The notes under the pieces were generated by a model. The model did not search any database. It was not told the origin of the DNA and saw nothing but the letters and a program-made list of their open reading frames with translations. The translations under genes and the position numbers were made by a program. A stretch of 64,000 bases of DNA from Eledone cirrhosa (lineage: Eukaryota), in assembly GCA_964016885.1 (NCBI GenBank), contig OZ024753.1, positions 20,708,001-20,772,000 of the forward strand, in the 5' to 3' direction. Positions 38,001-52,188 of this stretch are shown piece by piece. The stretch's first letter is position 1. Every line of letters begins with the position of its first letter.

Positions 38001-41000
38001 TGCCACAGTCTATCTATCAGTCTGTCTGTGTGTCACTGTCTATCTATAGATCTGTCTGTCTGTCACTGTCTATTGATCAATCTGTCTGTCTGCCACTGTC
38101 TATCTATCTGTCTATCTGTCACTGTCTATCAATCTGTCTGTCTGTCACTGTCTATCAATCTGTCTGTCTGTCACTGTCTATCTATCAGTCTGTCTGTGTG
38201 TCACTCTCTATCTATCGCTCTGTCTGTCTGTGTGTCACTCTCTATCTATCGCTCTGTCTGTCTGTTACTGTATATTGATCAATCTGTCTGTCTGTCTGCC
38301 ACTGTCTATCTATCTGTCTGTCACAGTCTATCTATCAATCCATCTCTCTATCTGCCACTGTCTATCTATCAATCTGTCTGTCTGCCACTGTCTATCTATC
38401 AATCTGTCTGCCTGTCACTGTCTATCTGTCTGTCTTTCTGCCACTGTCTATCTATCTCTCTGTGTGTCACTGTCTATCTATCAATCTGTCTGTCTGTCTG
38501 CCACTGTATATCTATCAATCTGTCTTTCTGCCACTGTCTATCTATCAATCTGTCTGTCTTTCACTGACCTATCTATCGGTCTGTCTCTCTCTCTCTCTGT
38601 CTGTCACTGTCTATCTATCTGTCTGTCTGTCTCTGACTATCTATCAATCTGTCTGTCTGCCACTCTCTATCTATCAATCTGTCTGTCTGTCATTGTCTAT
38701 CAATCTGTGTATCTGTCACTGTCTATCTATCAATCTGTCTGTCACTGTCTATCTATCAATCTGTCTGTCTGTCTGTCACTGTCTATCAATCTGTCGGTCT
38801 GTCACTGTCTATATCAATCGGTCTGTCTGTCACTGTCTATCTATCAATCTGGCTATCTGTCAGCGTCTATCTATCTGTCTGTCACTGACTATCTATGAAT
38901 CTGTCTGTCTGTCACTGTCTATCTATCAATCTGTCTCTCTGACCCTGTCTATCTTTCGGTCTGTCTGTCGTCTGTCTGTCTATCTGTCACTGTATCTCAG
39001 TCTGTCTGTCACTGACTATATATCAATCTGCCTGTCTGTCTGCCACTGTCTATCTATCAATCTGTCTGTCTGTCACTGTCTATCTATCAATCTGTCTGTC
39101 TGCCACTGTCTATCTATGAGTCTGTCTGTCTGCTATTGTCTATCTGTCTGTCTGTCTGTCACTGTTTATCTATCTGTCTGTCTGTCACGATCCATCTGTT
39201 GTCTGTCACTGTCTATCAATCTGTCTGTCTGTCACTGTCTATCAATCTGTCTGTCTGCCACTGTCTATCTATCTGTCTGTCTGCCATTGTCTATCCAACT
39301 GTCTGTCACTCTCTATATGTCTGTCTGCCACTGTCTATCTGTCTGTCTGTCTGTCTGCCACTGTCTATCTATCAGTCAGTCTGTCTGTCTATCTATCGGT
39401 CTGTCACTGTCTATCTATCAATCTGTCTCTCTGTCACTGTATATTGATCAATCTGTCTGTCTGTCACTGTCTATCTAACAATATGTCTGTCTGCCACTGT
39501 CTATCTATCAATCTGTCTGTCTGCCACTGTCTATCTATCAGTTTGTCTGTCATCTTCTATCTATCAAACCGTCTGTCTGCCACCGTCTATCTATCAGTCT
39601 GTCTGTCTCTCACTGTCTATCTATCAATCCGTCTGTCTGCCACAGTCTATCTATCAGTCTGTCTGTCTCTCACTGCATATCGATCAATCTGTCTGTCTGC
39701 CACTGACTATCTGTCAGTCTGTCTGTCTGTGACTGTCTATCTGCCACTGTCTATCAATCTGTCTGTCACTGTCTATCTATCAATCTGTCTGTCTGTCACT
39801 GTCTATCATACAATGTGTCTGTCTGTCACTGTCTATCTATCTCTCTGTCTGCCACTGTCTATCAATCTGTCCGTTTTTATCACTGTCTATCTATCAATAT
39901 GTTTGTCTGTCACAGTCTATCTATCTGTCTGTCTGTCTGACTGCCACTGTCTATCTATCAATCTATCTGCCTGTCACTATCTACCTATAAGTCTGTCTGT
40001 CTGTCTGCCCCTGTCTATCTCTCTCTCTGTCTGCCACTGTCTATCAACGTGTCTGTTTGTCTCTGTCTGTCTATCAATCCGTCTTTCTGCCACAGTCTAT
40101 CTATCAGTCTGTCTGTGTGTCACTGTCTATCTATCGCTCTGACTGTCTGTCATTGTCTATTGATCAATCTGTCTGTCTGCCACTGTCTATCTATCTATCT
40201 GTCTGTGTGTCTGTCTGTCACTCTCTATCTATCAATCTGTCTGTCTGCCACTGTCTATCTATCCGTCTGTCTGTCACAGTCTATCTATCAATCTATCTCT
40301 CTGTCTGCCACTGTCTATCTATCAATCTGTCTGTCAGCCACTGTCTGTCTGTCTGTCTGTCACTGTCTATCTATTTGTCTGTCTGTCACTGTCTATCTAT
40401 CAGTCTGTCTGTCAGCCACTGTTTATCTATCTGTTTGTCTGTCACTGTCTATCTATCTGTCTGTTTGTCACGGTCTATCTATCTGTCTGTCTGCCACTGT
40501 CTATCTATCAATCTGTCTATCTGTCACTGTCTGTCTATCAGTCTGTCTGTGTGTCACTCTCTATCTATTGCTCTGTCTGTCTTTCACTGTCTATTGATCA
40601 ATCTGTCTGTCTGCCACTGTCTATCTATCTGTCTGTCTGTCTGTCTGTCACTGACTATCTATCAATCTGTCTCTCTGCCACTGACTATCTATCAATCTGT
40701 CTGTCTGTCACTGTCTATCTATCAATCTGTCTGTCTGCCACTGTCTATCTATCAATCTGTCTGCCTGTCACTGTCTATCTATATGTCTGTCTGTCACTGT
40801 CTATCTATCTGTCTGTCTGTCACTGTCTATCTATCAATCTCTCTGCCACTGTCTATCTGTATGTCTGTCTGTCTGCCACTGTCTATCTATTAGTCTGTCT
40901 GTCTGTCTCTGTCTATCTATCGGTCTGTCACTGTCTATCTATCAATATGTCTCTCTGTCACTGTCTATCTATCGGTCTGTCTGTATGTCTGTCTATCTGT

Positions 41001-44000
41001 CACTGTCTATCTGTCTGTATGTCACTGACTATCTATCAATCTGTCTGTCTGTCTGTCACTGTCTATCTATCAATCTCTCTGTCTGCCACTGTCCTATCTA
41101 TCAGTCTGTCTGTCAGCCACTGTCTATCTATCTATCTGTCTGTCTGTCTGTCACTGTCTATCTGTCTGTCTGTCACTGTCTATCCATCAATCTGTCTGTC
41201 TGCCACTGTCTATCTCTCCGTATGTCTGTCAGCCATTGTCTATCTATCTGTCTGTCACTATCTATCTATCTGTCTGTCTGCCACTGTCTATCTATCAATC
41301 CGTCTGTATGTCACTGTGTATCTATCTGTCTGTCACTGTCTATCTATCAATCCGTCTCTCTGCCACAGTCTATCTATCAGTCTGTCTGTGTGTCACTGTC
41401 TATCTATAGATCTGTCTGTCTGTCACTGTCTATTGATCAATCTGTCTGTCTGCCACTGTCTATCTATCTGTCTGTCTGTCACTGTCTATCAATCTGTCTG
41501 TGTGTCACTGTCTATCTATCGCTCTGTCTGTCTGTTACTGTATATTGATCAATCTGTCTGCCACTGTCTATCTATCTGTCTGTCACAGTCTATCTATCAA
41601 TCTATCTCTCTGTCTACCACTGTCTATCTATCAATCTGTCTGTCTGTCACTGTCTATCTGTCTGTCTTTCTGCCAATGTCTATCTATCTGTCTGTGTGTC
41701 ACTGTCTATCTATCAATCTGTCTGTCTGTCTGCCATTGTATATCTATCAATCTGTCTGTCCGTCACTGTCTATCTATCCATCTGTCTGTCTGTCACTGTA
41801 TATCAATCTGTCTGTCTTTCACTGACCTATGTATCGGTCTGTCTACCTCTCTCTCTGTCTGTCACTGTCTATCTATCTGTCTGTCTGTCTCTGACTATCT
41901 ATCAATCTGTCTGTCTGCCACTCTCTATCTATCAATCTGTCTGTCTGTCACTGTCTATCAATCTGTGTATCTGTCACTGTCTATCTATCAATCTGTCTGT
42001 CACTGTCTATCTATCAATCTGTCTGTCTCTCTGTCACTGTCTATCAATCGGTCTGTCTGTCACTGTCTATCTATCAATCTGGCTGTCTGTCAGCGTCTAT
42101 ATATCTGTCTGTCACTGACTATCTATGAATCTGTCTGTCTGTCACTGTCTATCTATCAATCTGTCTCTCTGTCCCTGTCTATCTATCGGTCTGTCTGTCG
42201 TCTGTCTGTCTATCTGTCACTGTCTCTCAATATACTGTATATTGATCAATCTGTCTCTCTGACTGCCACTGTCTATCTATCTGTCTGTCACAGTCTATCT
42301 ATCAATCTGCCTGTCCGTCTGCCACTGTCTATCTATCAATCTGTCTGTCACTGTCTATCTATCAATCTGTCTGTCTGCCACTGTCTATCTATGAGTCTGT
42401 CTGTCTGCCATTGTCTATCTGTCCGTCTGTCTGTCACTGTCTATCTATCTGTCTGTCTGTCATGATCTATCTGTTGTCTGTCACTGTCTATCTCTCAATC
42501 TATCTGTCTGGTACTGTCTATATATCTGTCTGTCTGTCTGCCACTGTCTATCTATCTGTCAGTCTGTCTGTCTGTCACTGTCTATCTATCAATCTGTCTG
42601 TCTGTCAGTGTCTATCTATCTGTCTGTCTGTCTACCACTGTCTATCTATCTGTATGTCAATATGTCTGTCTGTCACTGTCTGTCTGTCTCTGTCTGTCAG
42701 TGTCTATCTATCTGTCTGTCTGTCTGCCACTGTCTATCTATCTGTATGTCTATCTGTCTCTCTGTCACTGTCTATCTATCAATCTGTCTGTCTGCCACTG
42801 TCTATCTATCAATCTGCCAGTCACTGTCCATCTATCTGTCTGTCTGTCACTGTCTATCTCTCAATCCGTCTGTCTGCCATAGTCTATCGATCAGTCTGTC
42901 TGTCTCTCCCTGCCTATCGATCAATATGTCTGTCTGCCACTGTCTATCTGTCAGTCTGTCTGTCTGTGACTTTTTATCTGCCACTGTCTATCAATCTGTC
43001 TGTCTGTCACTATCTTCCTATCAGTCTGTCTTTCTGCCCATGTCTATCCATCAATCTGTCTGTCTGTCACTGTATATCTATCAATCTGTCTGTCTGTCAC
43101 TGTCTATCTATCTCACTCTCTGCCACTGTCTATCAATCTGTCTGTTTGTCACTGTCTATCTATCAATCTGTCTGTGTGCCACAGTCTATCTATCAGTCTG
43201 TCTGTGTGTCACTGTCTATCTATCGCTCTGACTGTCTGTCAGACTCTATTGATCAATCTGTCTGTCTGCCACTGTCTATCTATCTATCTGTCTGTCTGTA
43301 TGTCACTGTCTATCTATCAATCTGTCTGTCAGCCACTGTCTATCTATCTGTCTGTCTGTCACGGTCTATTTATCTGTCTGTCTGCCACTGTCTATCTATC
43401 AATCTGTCTGTCTGTCACTGTCTATCTATCAATCCGTCTCTCTGCCACAGTCTATCTATCAGTCTGTCTGTGTGTCACTGTCTATCTATAGCTCTGTCTG
43501 TCTGTCACTGTCTATTGATCAATCTGTCTGTCTGCCACTGACTATCTATCTGTATGTCTGTCACTGTCTATCTGCTGTGTCACTGTCTATCTATCAATCC
43601 GTCTGTCTGCCACAGTCTATCTATCATTCTGTCTGTGTGTCACTGTCTATCTATCGCTCTGTCTGTCTGTCACTGTCTATCTATCAATCCGTCTGTCTGC
43701 CACAGTCTATCTATCATTCTGTCTGTCTGTCACTGTCTATCTATCGCTCTGTCTGTCTGTCACTGTCTGTCTATCAATCCGTCTGTCTGCCACAGTCTAT
43801 CTATCATTCTGTCTGTGTGTCACTGTCTATCTATCGCTCTGTCTGTCTGTCACTGTCTATCTATCAATCTGTCTGTCTGCCACTGTATATTTATCAATCT
43901 GTCTGTCCGTCACTGTCTATCTATCAATCTGTCTGTCTGTCGCCGTATATCGATCTGTCTGTCTGCCACTGGCTATCTGTCTGTCTGTCCGTCACTGTCT

Positions 44001-47000
44001 ATCTATCAATCTGTCTGTCTGACACTGTATATCAATCTGTCTGTCTGCCACTGGCTATCTATCTGTCTGTCTGTCACTGCCTATCTATTATTCTGTCTGT
44101 CCGTCACTGTCTATCTATCGGTCTGTCTCTCTCTCTGTCTGTCACTGTCTATCAATCTGTCTATCTGCCACTGTCTATCTGTCAATCTGTATGTCTGCCA
44201 CTGTCTATCTATCAATCTGACTGCCTGTTACTATCTATCTGTCTGTCACTGTCTATCTATCAATCCCTCTGTCTGCCACAGTTTATCTATCATTATGTCT
44301 GTGTGTCACTGTCTATCTGTCGCTCTGTCTGTCTGTCACTGTCTTTGATCAATCTGTCTGTCTGCCATTGTCTGTCTGTCTGTCTGTCTTTCTGCCACTG
44401 TCTATCTATGTGTCTGTCTGTCACTGTCTATCTATCAATCTGTCTGTCTGTCTGCCACTGTATATCTATCAATCTGTCTGTCCGTCACTGTCTATCTATC
44501 GCTCTGTCTGTCTGTCACCGTATATCAATCTGTCTGTCTGCCACTGGCTATCTATCCGTCTGTCTGTCCGTTACTGTCTATCTATCAATCTGTCTGTCTG
44601 ACACTGTATATCAATCTGTCTATATGCCACTGGCTATCTATCTGTCTGTTTGTCACTGTCTATCTATTATTCTGTCTGTCCGTCACTGTCTATCTATCGG
44701 TCTGTCTCTCTGTCATTCACTGTCTATCAATCTGTCTGTCTGCCACTGTATATCTATCAATCTGTCTGTCCGTCACTGTCTATCTATCAATCTGTCTGTC
44801 TGACACTGTATATCAATCTGTCTGTCTTTCACTGACCTATCTATCGGTCTGTCTGTCTCTCTCTCTGTCTGTCACTGTCTATCAATCTGTCTGTCTGCCA
44901 CTCTCTATCTATCAATATGTCTGTCTGTCTGTCACTGTCTATCAATCTGTGTATCTGTCACTGTCTATCTATCAATCTGTCTGTCACTGTCTATCTATCA
45001 ATCTGTCGGTCTGTCACTGTCTATATCAATCGGTCTGTCTGTCAGTGTCTATCTATCAATCTGGCTGTCTGTCACTGTCTATCTATCGGTCTGTCTATCG
45101 GTCTGTCTGTCTATCTGTCACTGTCTATCAATCTGTCTGTCTGTCTGTCACTGACTATCTATCAATCCGTCTGTTTGTCACTGTCTATCTATCAATCTGT
45201 CTGTCTGTCACTATCTATCAATCTGCCTGTCTCTCTGTCACTGTCTATCCATCAATCTGTCTGTCTGCCACTGTCTATCAACATGTCTGTTTGTCACTGT
45301 CTTTCTATCAATCCGTCTGTCTGCCACAGTCTATCTATCAGTCTGTCTGTGTGTCACTGTCTATCTATCGCTCTGACTTCTGTCACTGTCTATTGATCAA
45401 TCTGTCTGTCTGCCACTGTCTATCTGTCTGTCTGTCTGTATGTCACTGTCTATCTATCAATATGTCTGTCTGTCTGTCACTGTCTATCTATCTGTCTGTT
45501 TGTCACGGTATATCTATCTGTCTGTCTGCCACTGTCTATCTATCAATCGGTCTGTTGTCACTGTCTATCTATCTGTCTGTCACTGTCTATCTATCAATCT
45601 TTCGGTCTGCCACTATCTATCTGTCTGTCACTCTCTATCTATCAATCCGTCTGTCTGCCACAGTCTATCTATCGCTCTGTCTGTCTGTCACTGTCTATTG
45701 ATCAATCTGTCTGTCTATCTATCAATCTGTCTGTCTGTCACCGTATATCAATCTGTCTGTCTGCCACTGGCTATCTATCTGTCTGTCTGTCCCTCACTGT
45801 CTATCTATCAATCTGTCTGTTTGACACTGTATATCAATCTGTCTGTCTGGCACTGGCTATCTATCGGTCTGTCTGTCTCTCTCTCTGTCTGCCACTGTCT
45901 ATCAATCTGTCTGTCTGTCTGTCTCTGACTATCTATCAATCTGTCTGTCTGCCACTCTCTATCTATCATTCTGTCTGTCTGTCTGTCACTGTCTATCAAT
46001 CTGTCTGTCTGTCACTGTCTATCTACCAATCTGTCACTGTCTATCTATCAATCTATCTGTCTGTCTGTCGCTGTCTATATCAATCTGTCTGTCTGTCACT
46101 GACTATCTATGAATCTGTCTGTCTGTCACTGTCTATCTATCAATCTGTCTGTCACTATCTATCTATCGGTCTGTCTGTCGGTTTGTGTGTCTGTCTATCT
46201 GTCTGTCTTTTACTGACTATCTATCAATCTGTCTGTCTGTTTGCCGATGTCTATCTATCAATCTGTCTGTCTGTCACTGTTTATCTATCAATATGTCTGT
46301 CTGCCATGTCTATCTATCTGTCTGTCTGCCACTGTCTATCTATCTGTATATCTATCTGTCACTGTCTAGCTATCAATCTGTCTGTCTGTCACTGTCTATC
46401 TATCTCTCTGTCTGTCTGTCACTGTCTATCTATCAATCTGTCTGTCTGCCATGTCTATCTATCAATCTGTCTGTCTGTCACTGTCTATCTATCTCTCTGT
46501 CTGCCACTGTCTATCAATCTATCTGTTTGTCACTGTGTATCTATCAATCTGTCTGTCTGTCACAATCTATCTATCTGTCTGTCTGTCTGACACTGTCTAT
46601 CTATCAATGTGTCTGTATGTCAGTATCTACCTATCAGTCTGTCTGTCTGCCCCTGTCTATCCATCAATCTGTCTGTCTGTCACTGTCTATCTATCAATCT
46701 GTCTGTCACTATCTATCTATATCTCTCTCTGTCTGCCACTGTCTATCAACCTGTCTGTTTGTCACTGTCTGTCTATCAGTCTGTCTGGCTGCCACTATAT
46801 ATCTATCAATCTGTCTGCCTGTCACTGTCTATCTATCTGTCTGTCTGTCTCTGTCTATCTATCAATCTTTCTGCCTGTCACTCTCTATCTATCTGTCTGT
46901 CTGTCACTGTCCATCTATCAATCCGTCTGTCTGCCACAGTCTATCTATCAGTATGTCTGTCTGTCACTGTCTATTGATCAATCTGTCTATCACTGCCTGT

Positions 47001-50000
47001 CTGTCTGTCACTGTCTATCTGTCTGTCTGTCTGCCACTCTCTATCTATGAATTTGTCTGTCTGTCTGTCACTGACTATCAATCTGTCGGTCGGTCACTGC
47101 CTATATCAATCCGTCTGTCTGTCACAGTCTATCTATCAATCTGTCCTTCTGTCACTGTCTATCAATCTATCGGTCTGTCACTGTCTATATCAATCCGTCT
47201 GTATGTCACTGACTATCTACGAATCTGTCTGTCTGTCACTGTCTATCTATCAATCTGTCTCTCTGTCACTGTCTATCTATCGGTCTGACTGTCGGTCTGT
47301 CTGTCTATCTGTCACTGTCTATCAATCTGTCTGTCTGTCTGTCTGTCATGGACTATCTATCAATCTGTCTGTCTGTCTGCCACTCTCTATCTATCAATCT
47401 GTCAGTCTGCCACTGTCCATCTATCAATCTGTCTGTCTGTCAGTGTCTATCTCTCTGTCTGTCTGTCTGTCTGTCTGCCTGCCACTGTCTATCTATCTGT
47501 ATGTCTATCTGTCTGTCTGTCACTGTCTAGCTATCAATCTCTCTGTCTGCCACTGTCTATCTATCAATCTGTCTGTCTATCACTGTCTATCTATCTCTCT
47601 GTCTGTCTGTCACTGTCTAACTATCAATCTGTCTGTCTGCCACTGTCTATCTATCAATCTGCCTGTCACTGTCCATCTATATGTCTGTCTGTCACTGTCT
47701 ATCTATCAATCTGTCTGTCTGCCACAGTCTATCTATCTGTCTGTCTGTCACTGTCTATCCATCGGTCTGTCTGTCTCTCACTGCCTATCGATCAATCTGT
47801 CTGTTTGCCACTGTCTATCTGTCAGTCTGTCTCTCTGTGAATGTCTATCTGCCACTGTCTATCAATCTGTCTGTCACTGTCTATCTAACAATCTGTCTGT
47901 CTGTCACTATCTACCTATCAGTCTGTCTTTCTGCCCCTGTCTATCCATCAATCTGTCTGTCTGTCACTGTCTATCTATCAATCTGTCTGTCTGCCACTGT
48001 CTATCAAACTGTCTGTCTGTCTGTCACTGTCTATCTATCAATATGTCTGCCAATGTCTATCAATCTGTCTGTCTGTCTCTGTCTATCTGTCTGTCTGTCT
48101 GCCACTCTCTATCTATGAATCTGTCTGTCTGTCACTGTCCATCAATCTGTCTGTCTGTCACTGTCATTCTATCAATCTATCTGTCTGCCACTGTCTATCT
48201 CTGAGTCTGTCTGTCTGCCACTGTCTATCTATATGTCTGTCTGTCTGTCACTGTCTATCTATCAATCTGTCTGTCTGGCACTGTCTATCTATCTGTCTGT
48301 CTATCTGCGACTGTCTATCTATCTGTCTGTCTGTCACTCTCTATCCATCAATCTGTCTGTCTGTCACTGTCTATCTATCAATCTGTCTGTCACTATCTAT
48401 CTATATCTCTCTCTGTCTGCCACTGTCTATCAACCTGTCGGTTTGTCACTGTCTATCTATCAATCTGTCTGTCACTGTCTATCTATATCTCTCTCTGTCT
48501 GCCACTGTCTATCAACCTGTCTGTTTGTCACTGTCTGTCTATCAGTCTGTCTGGCTGCCACTATATATCTATCAATCTGTCTGCCTGTCACTGTCTATCT
48601 ATCTGTCTGTCTGTCTCTGTCTATCTATCAATCTTTCTGCCTGTCACTCTCTATCTATCTGTCTGTCTGTCTGTCACTGTCCATTTATCAATCCGTCTGT
48701 CTGCCACAGTCTATCTATCAGTCTGTCTGTCTGTCACTGTCTATTGATCAATCTGTCTATCACTGCCTGTCTGTCTGTCACTGTCTATCTGTCTGTATGT
48801 CTGCCACTCTCTATCTATGAATTTGTCTGTCTGTCTGTCACTGTCTATCAATCTGTCGGTCGGTCACTGCCTATATCAATCCGTCTGTCTGTCACAGTCT
48901 ATCTATCAATCTGTCCTTCTGTCACTGTCTATCAATCTATCGGTCTGTCACTGTCTATATCAATCCGTCTGTATGTCACTGACTATCTACGAATCTGTCT
49001 GTCTGTCACTGTCTATCTATCAATCTGTCTCTCTGTCATTGTCTATCTATCGGTCTGACTGTCGGTCTGTCTGTCTATCTGTCACTGTCTATCAATCTGT
49101 CTGTCTGTCTGTCATGGACTATCTATCAATCTGTCTGTCTGTCTGCCACTCTCTATCTATCAATCTGTCAGTCTGCCACTGTCCATCTATCAATCTGTCT
49201 GTCTGTCAGTGTCTATCTCTCTGTCTGTCTGTCTGCCTGCCACTGTCTATCTATCTGCATGTCTATCTGTCTGTCTGTCACTCTCTAGCTATCAATCTCT
49301 CTGTCTGCCACTGTCTATCTATCAATCTGTCTGTCTGTCACTGTCTATCTATCTCTCTGTCTGTCTGTCACTGTCTATCTATCAATCTGTCTGTCTGCCA
49401 CTGTCTATCTATCAATCTGCCTGTCACTGTCCATCTATATGTCTGTCTGTCACTGTCTATCTATCAATCCGTCTGTCTGCCACCGTCTATCTATCAGTCT
49501 GTCTGTCTCTCACTGTTTCTCTATCAATCCGACCGTCTGCCACAGTCTATCTATCAGTCTGTCTGTCTGTCACTGTCTATCCATCGGTCTGTCTGTCTCT
49601 CACTGCCTATCGATCAATCTGTCTGTTTGCCACTGTCTATCTGTCAGTCTGTCTCTCTGTGACTGTCTATCTGCCACTGTCTATCAATCTGTCTGTCACT
49701 GTCTATCTAACAATCTGTCTGTCTGTCACTATCTACCTATCAGTCTGTCTTTCTGCCCCTGTCTATCCATCAATCTGTCTGTCTGTCACTGTCTATCTAT
49801 CAATCTGTCTGTCTGTCACTGTCTATCTATCAATCTGTCTGTCTGCCACTGTCTATCAAACTGTCTGTCTGTCTGTCACTGTCTATCTATCAATATGTCT
49901 GCCAATGTCTATCAATATGTCTGTCTGTCTCTGTCTATCTGTCTGTCTGTCTGCCACTCTCTATCTATGAATCTGTCTGTCTGTCACTGTCCATCAATCT

Positions 50001-50739
50001 GTCTGTCTGTCACTGTCTATCTATCAATCTATCTGTCTGCCACTGTCTATCTCTGAGTCTGTCTGTCTGCCACTGTCTATCTATATGTCTGTTTGTCTGT
50101 CACTGTCTATCTATCAATCTGTCTGTCTGGCACTGTCTATCCATCTATCTGTCTATCTGCGACTGTCTATCTATCTGTCTGTCTGTCACTGTCTATCTAT
50201 CAATGTGTCTGTCTGTCACTGTCTATCTTTCAATGTGTCTGTCTGTCACTGTCCTATATATCAATGTGTCTGTCTGCCACTGTCTTTCTATATGTCTGTC
50301 TGTCTGGCACTGTCTATCTATTAATCTGTATGTCTGCCACTGTCCATCAATCTGTCTGTCTGTCAGTGTCTATCTATCTGTCTATCTATCAATCTGTCTG
50401 TCTATCAGTGTCTATCTATCTGTCTATCTGCCACTGTCTATCTATCTGTATGTCTATCTGTCTGTCTGTCACTGTCTAGCTATCAATTTGTCTGTCTGTC
50501 ACTGTCTATCTATCTCTCTATCTGTCTGTCACTGTCTATCTATCAATCTGTCTGTCTAGCACTGTCTATCTATCAATCTGCCTGTCACTCTCCATCTATC
50601 TGTCTGTCTCTCACTGTCTATCTATCAATCCGTCTGTCTGCCACCGTCTATATATCAATCTGTCTGTCTCTCACTGTCTATCTATGAATCCGTCTGTCTG
50701 CCACTGTCTGTCTATCCGTCTGTCTGTCTGTCACTGTCT

Positions 50740-51372
50740 ATCCATCCTCATCCTTCTTCCGAAATGATATCGGAAGAAACGGACCAGTTGTTGGCCAGAG
50801 AGAAAGGTGTCTGACCTCAGTCCTTTCAGACGCGTCCACCACACAACCTCTTTCGCCATGGTTATTACGCACAGAAACACCGCCTCTCCTTCGTTTTTGA
50901 AGAGGGGAGGCGGCTTGATCGTTACAATAGACTCGGTGGTCAACCGGATCGGTCCCACCCTTGACAGCAGTTGTTCGACATAGCCCCACAGATCGGCAAT
51001 GCACGAGCAGTGTACCAATGCGTGTGCAACGGTTTCCTCGTCGCACACGCATCTGGGACAGATCTTTTTCGATGGGTCCCTACCCGGGCGCCCGTGTCTG
51101 TAGAGCCTTTCTCGAACGGGCAGAGCCCTTCTGTAGCATTGCCAGGCCAGGGACCTCTGGAAGTTATCCATGGGTCTCGGGCTGAATGTCCTACCGAACA
51201 GGTTGGCCAGTTCGTCTTCCTCCATGCCTAGGGCTTCTCGGAGGGCGTCATCGCACCTCCTAACCACCAGCCCTCTATAGAATGACGAGGTGGATTCTCC
51301 ACTGACAGCCGGGTCCGCCTGCCAGAGAGCCGTGAGCGCCTGGGCACACTCGGTTTGCCAGGCGCCCAGTTT
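50740..51372 (-). mobile_element. Internal Tx1/L1-clade LINE ORF2 C-terminal fragment, inverted, inside the satellite
   Basis: ORF 50731-51267 (DNFQRSLAWQCYR...CPRCVCDEETVAHALVHC) is a close paralogue of about 60260-60880. Confidence 0.93.
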
Positions 51373-52188
51373 TTGATAGATAGACAGTCACAAACAGACA
51401 TATTGATAGACAGTGGCAGACAAACCGATTGATGGATAGACAGGGGCAGAAAGACAGACTGATAGGTAGATAGTGACAGACAGACAGATTGATAGACAGT
51501 GGCAGATAGAAAGATTAATAGATAGACAGTCACAGACAGATAGATAGACAGTGGGAGACAGACAGATTGATTGATAGACAGTGAGAGAGAGACAGAGCGA
51601 TAGATAGACAGTGACAGACAGACAGACAGACAGATAGATAGATGGATAGACAGGGGCAGAAAGACAGACTGATAGGTAGATAGTGACAGACAGACAGATT
51701 GATAGACAGTGGCAGATAGAAAGATTAATAGATAGACAGTCACAGACAGATACATAGACAGTGGGAGACAGACAGATTGATTGATAGACAGTGAGAGAGA
51801 GACAGAGCGATAGATAGACAGTGACAGACAGACAGACTGATAGATAGACTGTTGCAGGCAGACGATTTGATAGATAGACAGTGACAGACAGACAGACAGA
51901 TAGATAGATGGACAGTGACAGGCAGATTGATAGATAGACCGTGACATACAGACAGAGAGATAGATAGACAGTGACAGACAGACAGATTGATAGATAGACA
52001 GTGGCAGACAGACAGATTGATAGATAGACAGTGACAGACAGATTGATAGATAGACAGTGGCAGACAGCCAGATTGAGATAGACAGTGACAGACAGACAGA
52101 TTGATTGACAGTGACAGACAGACAGACAGACAGACAGATAGAGAGTGACAGACAGACAGAGAGATAGATAGACAGTGACAGACAGACA
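51373..52188 (-). repeat. Inverted segment of the satellite (GATA/GACA on the + strand)
   Basis: Reads GATAGATAGACAGTGACAGACAG. Polarity flips back at GACAGACA|ATCTGTCTG near 52188. Internal 210-bp duplication (51431 vs 51641). Confidence 0.95.
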
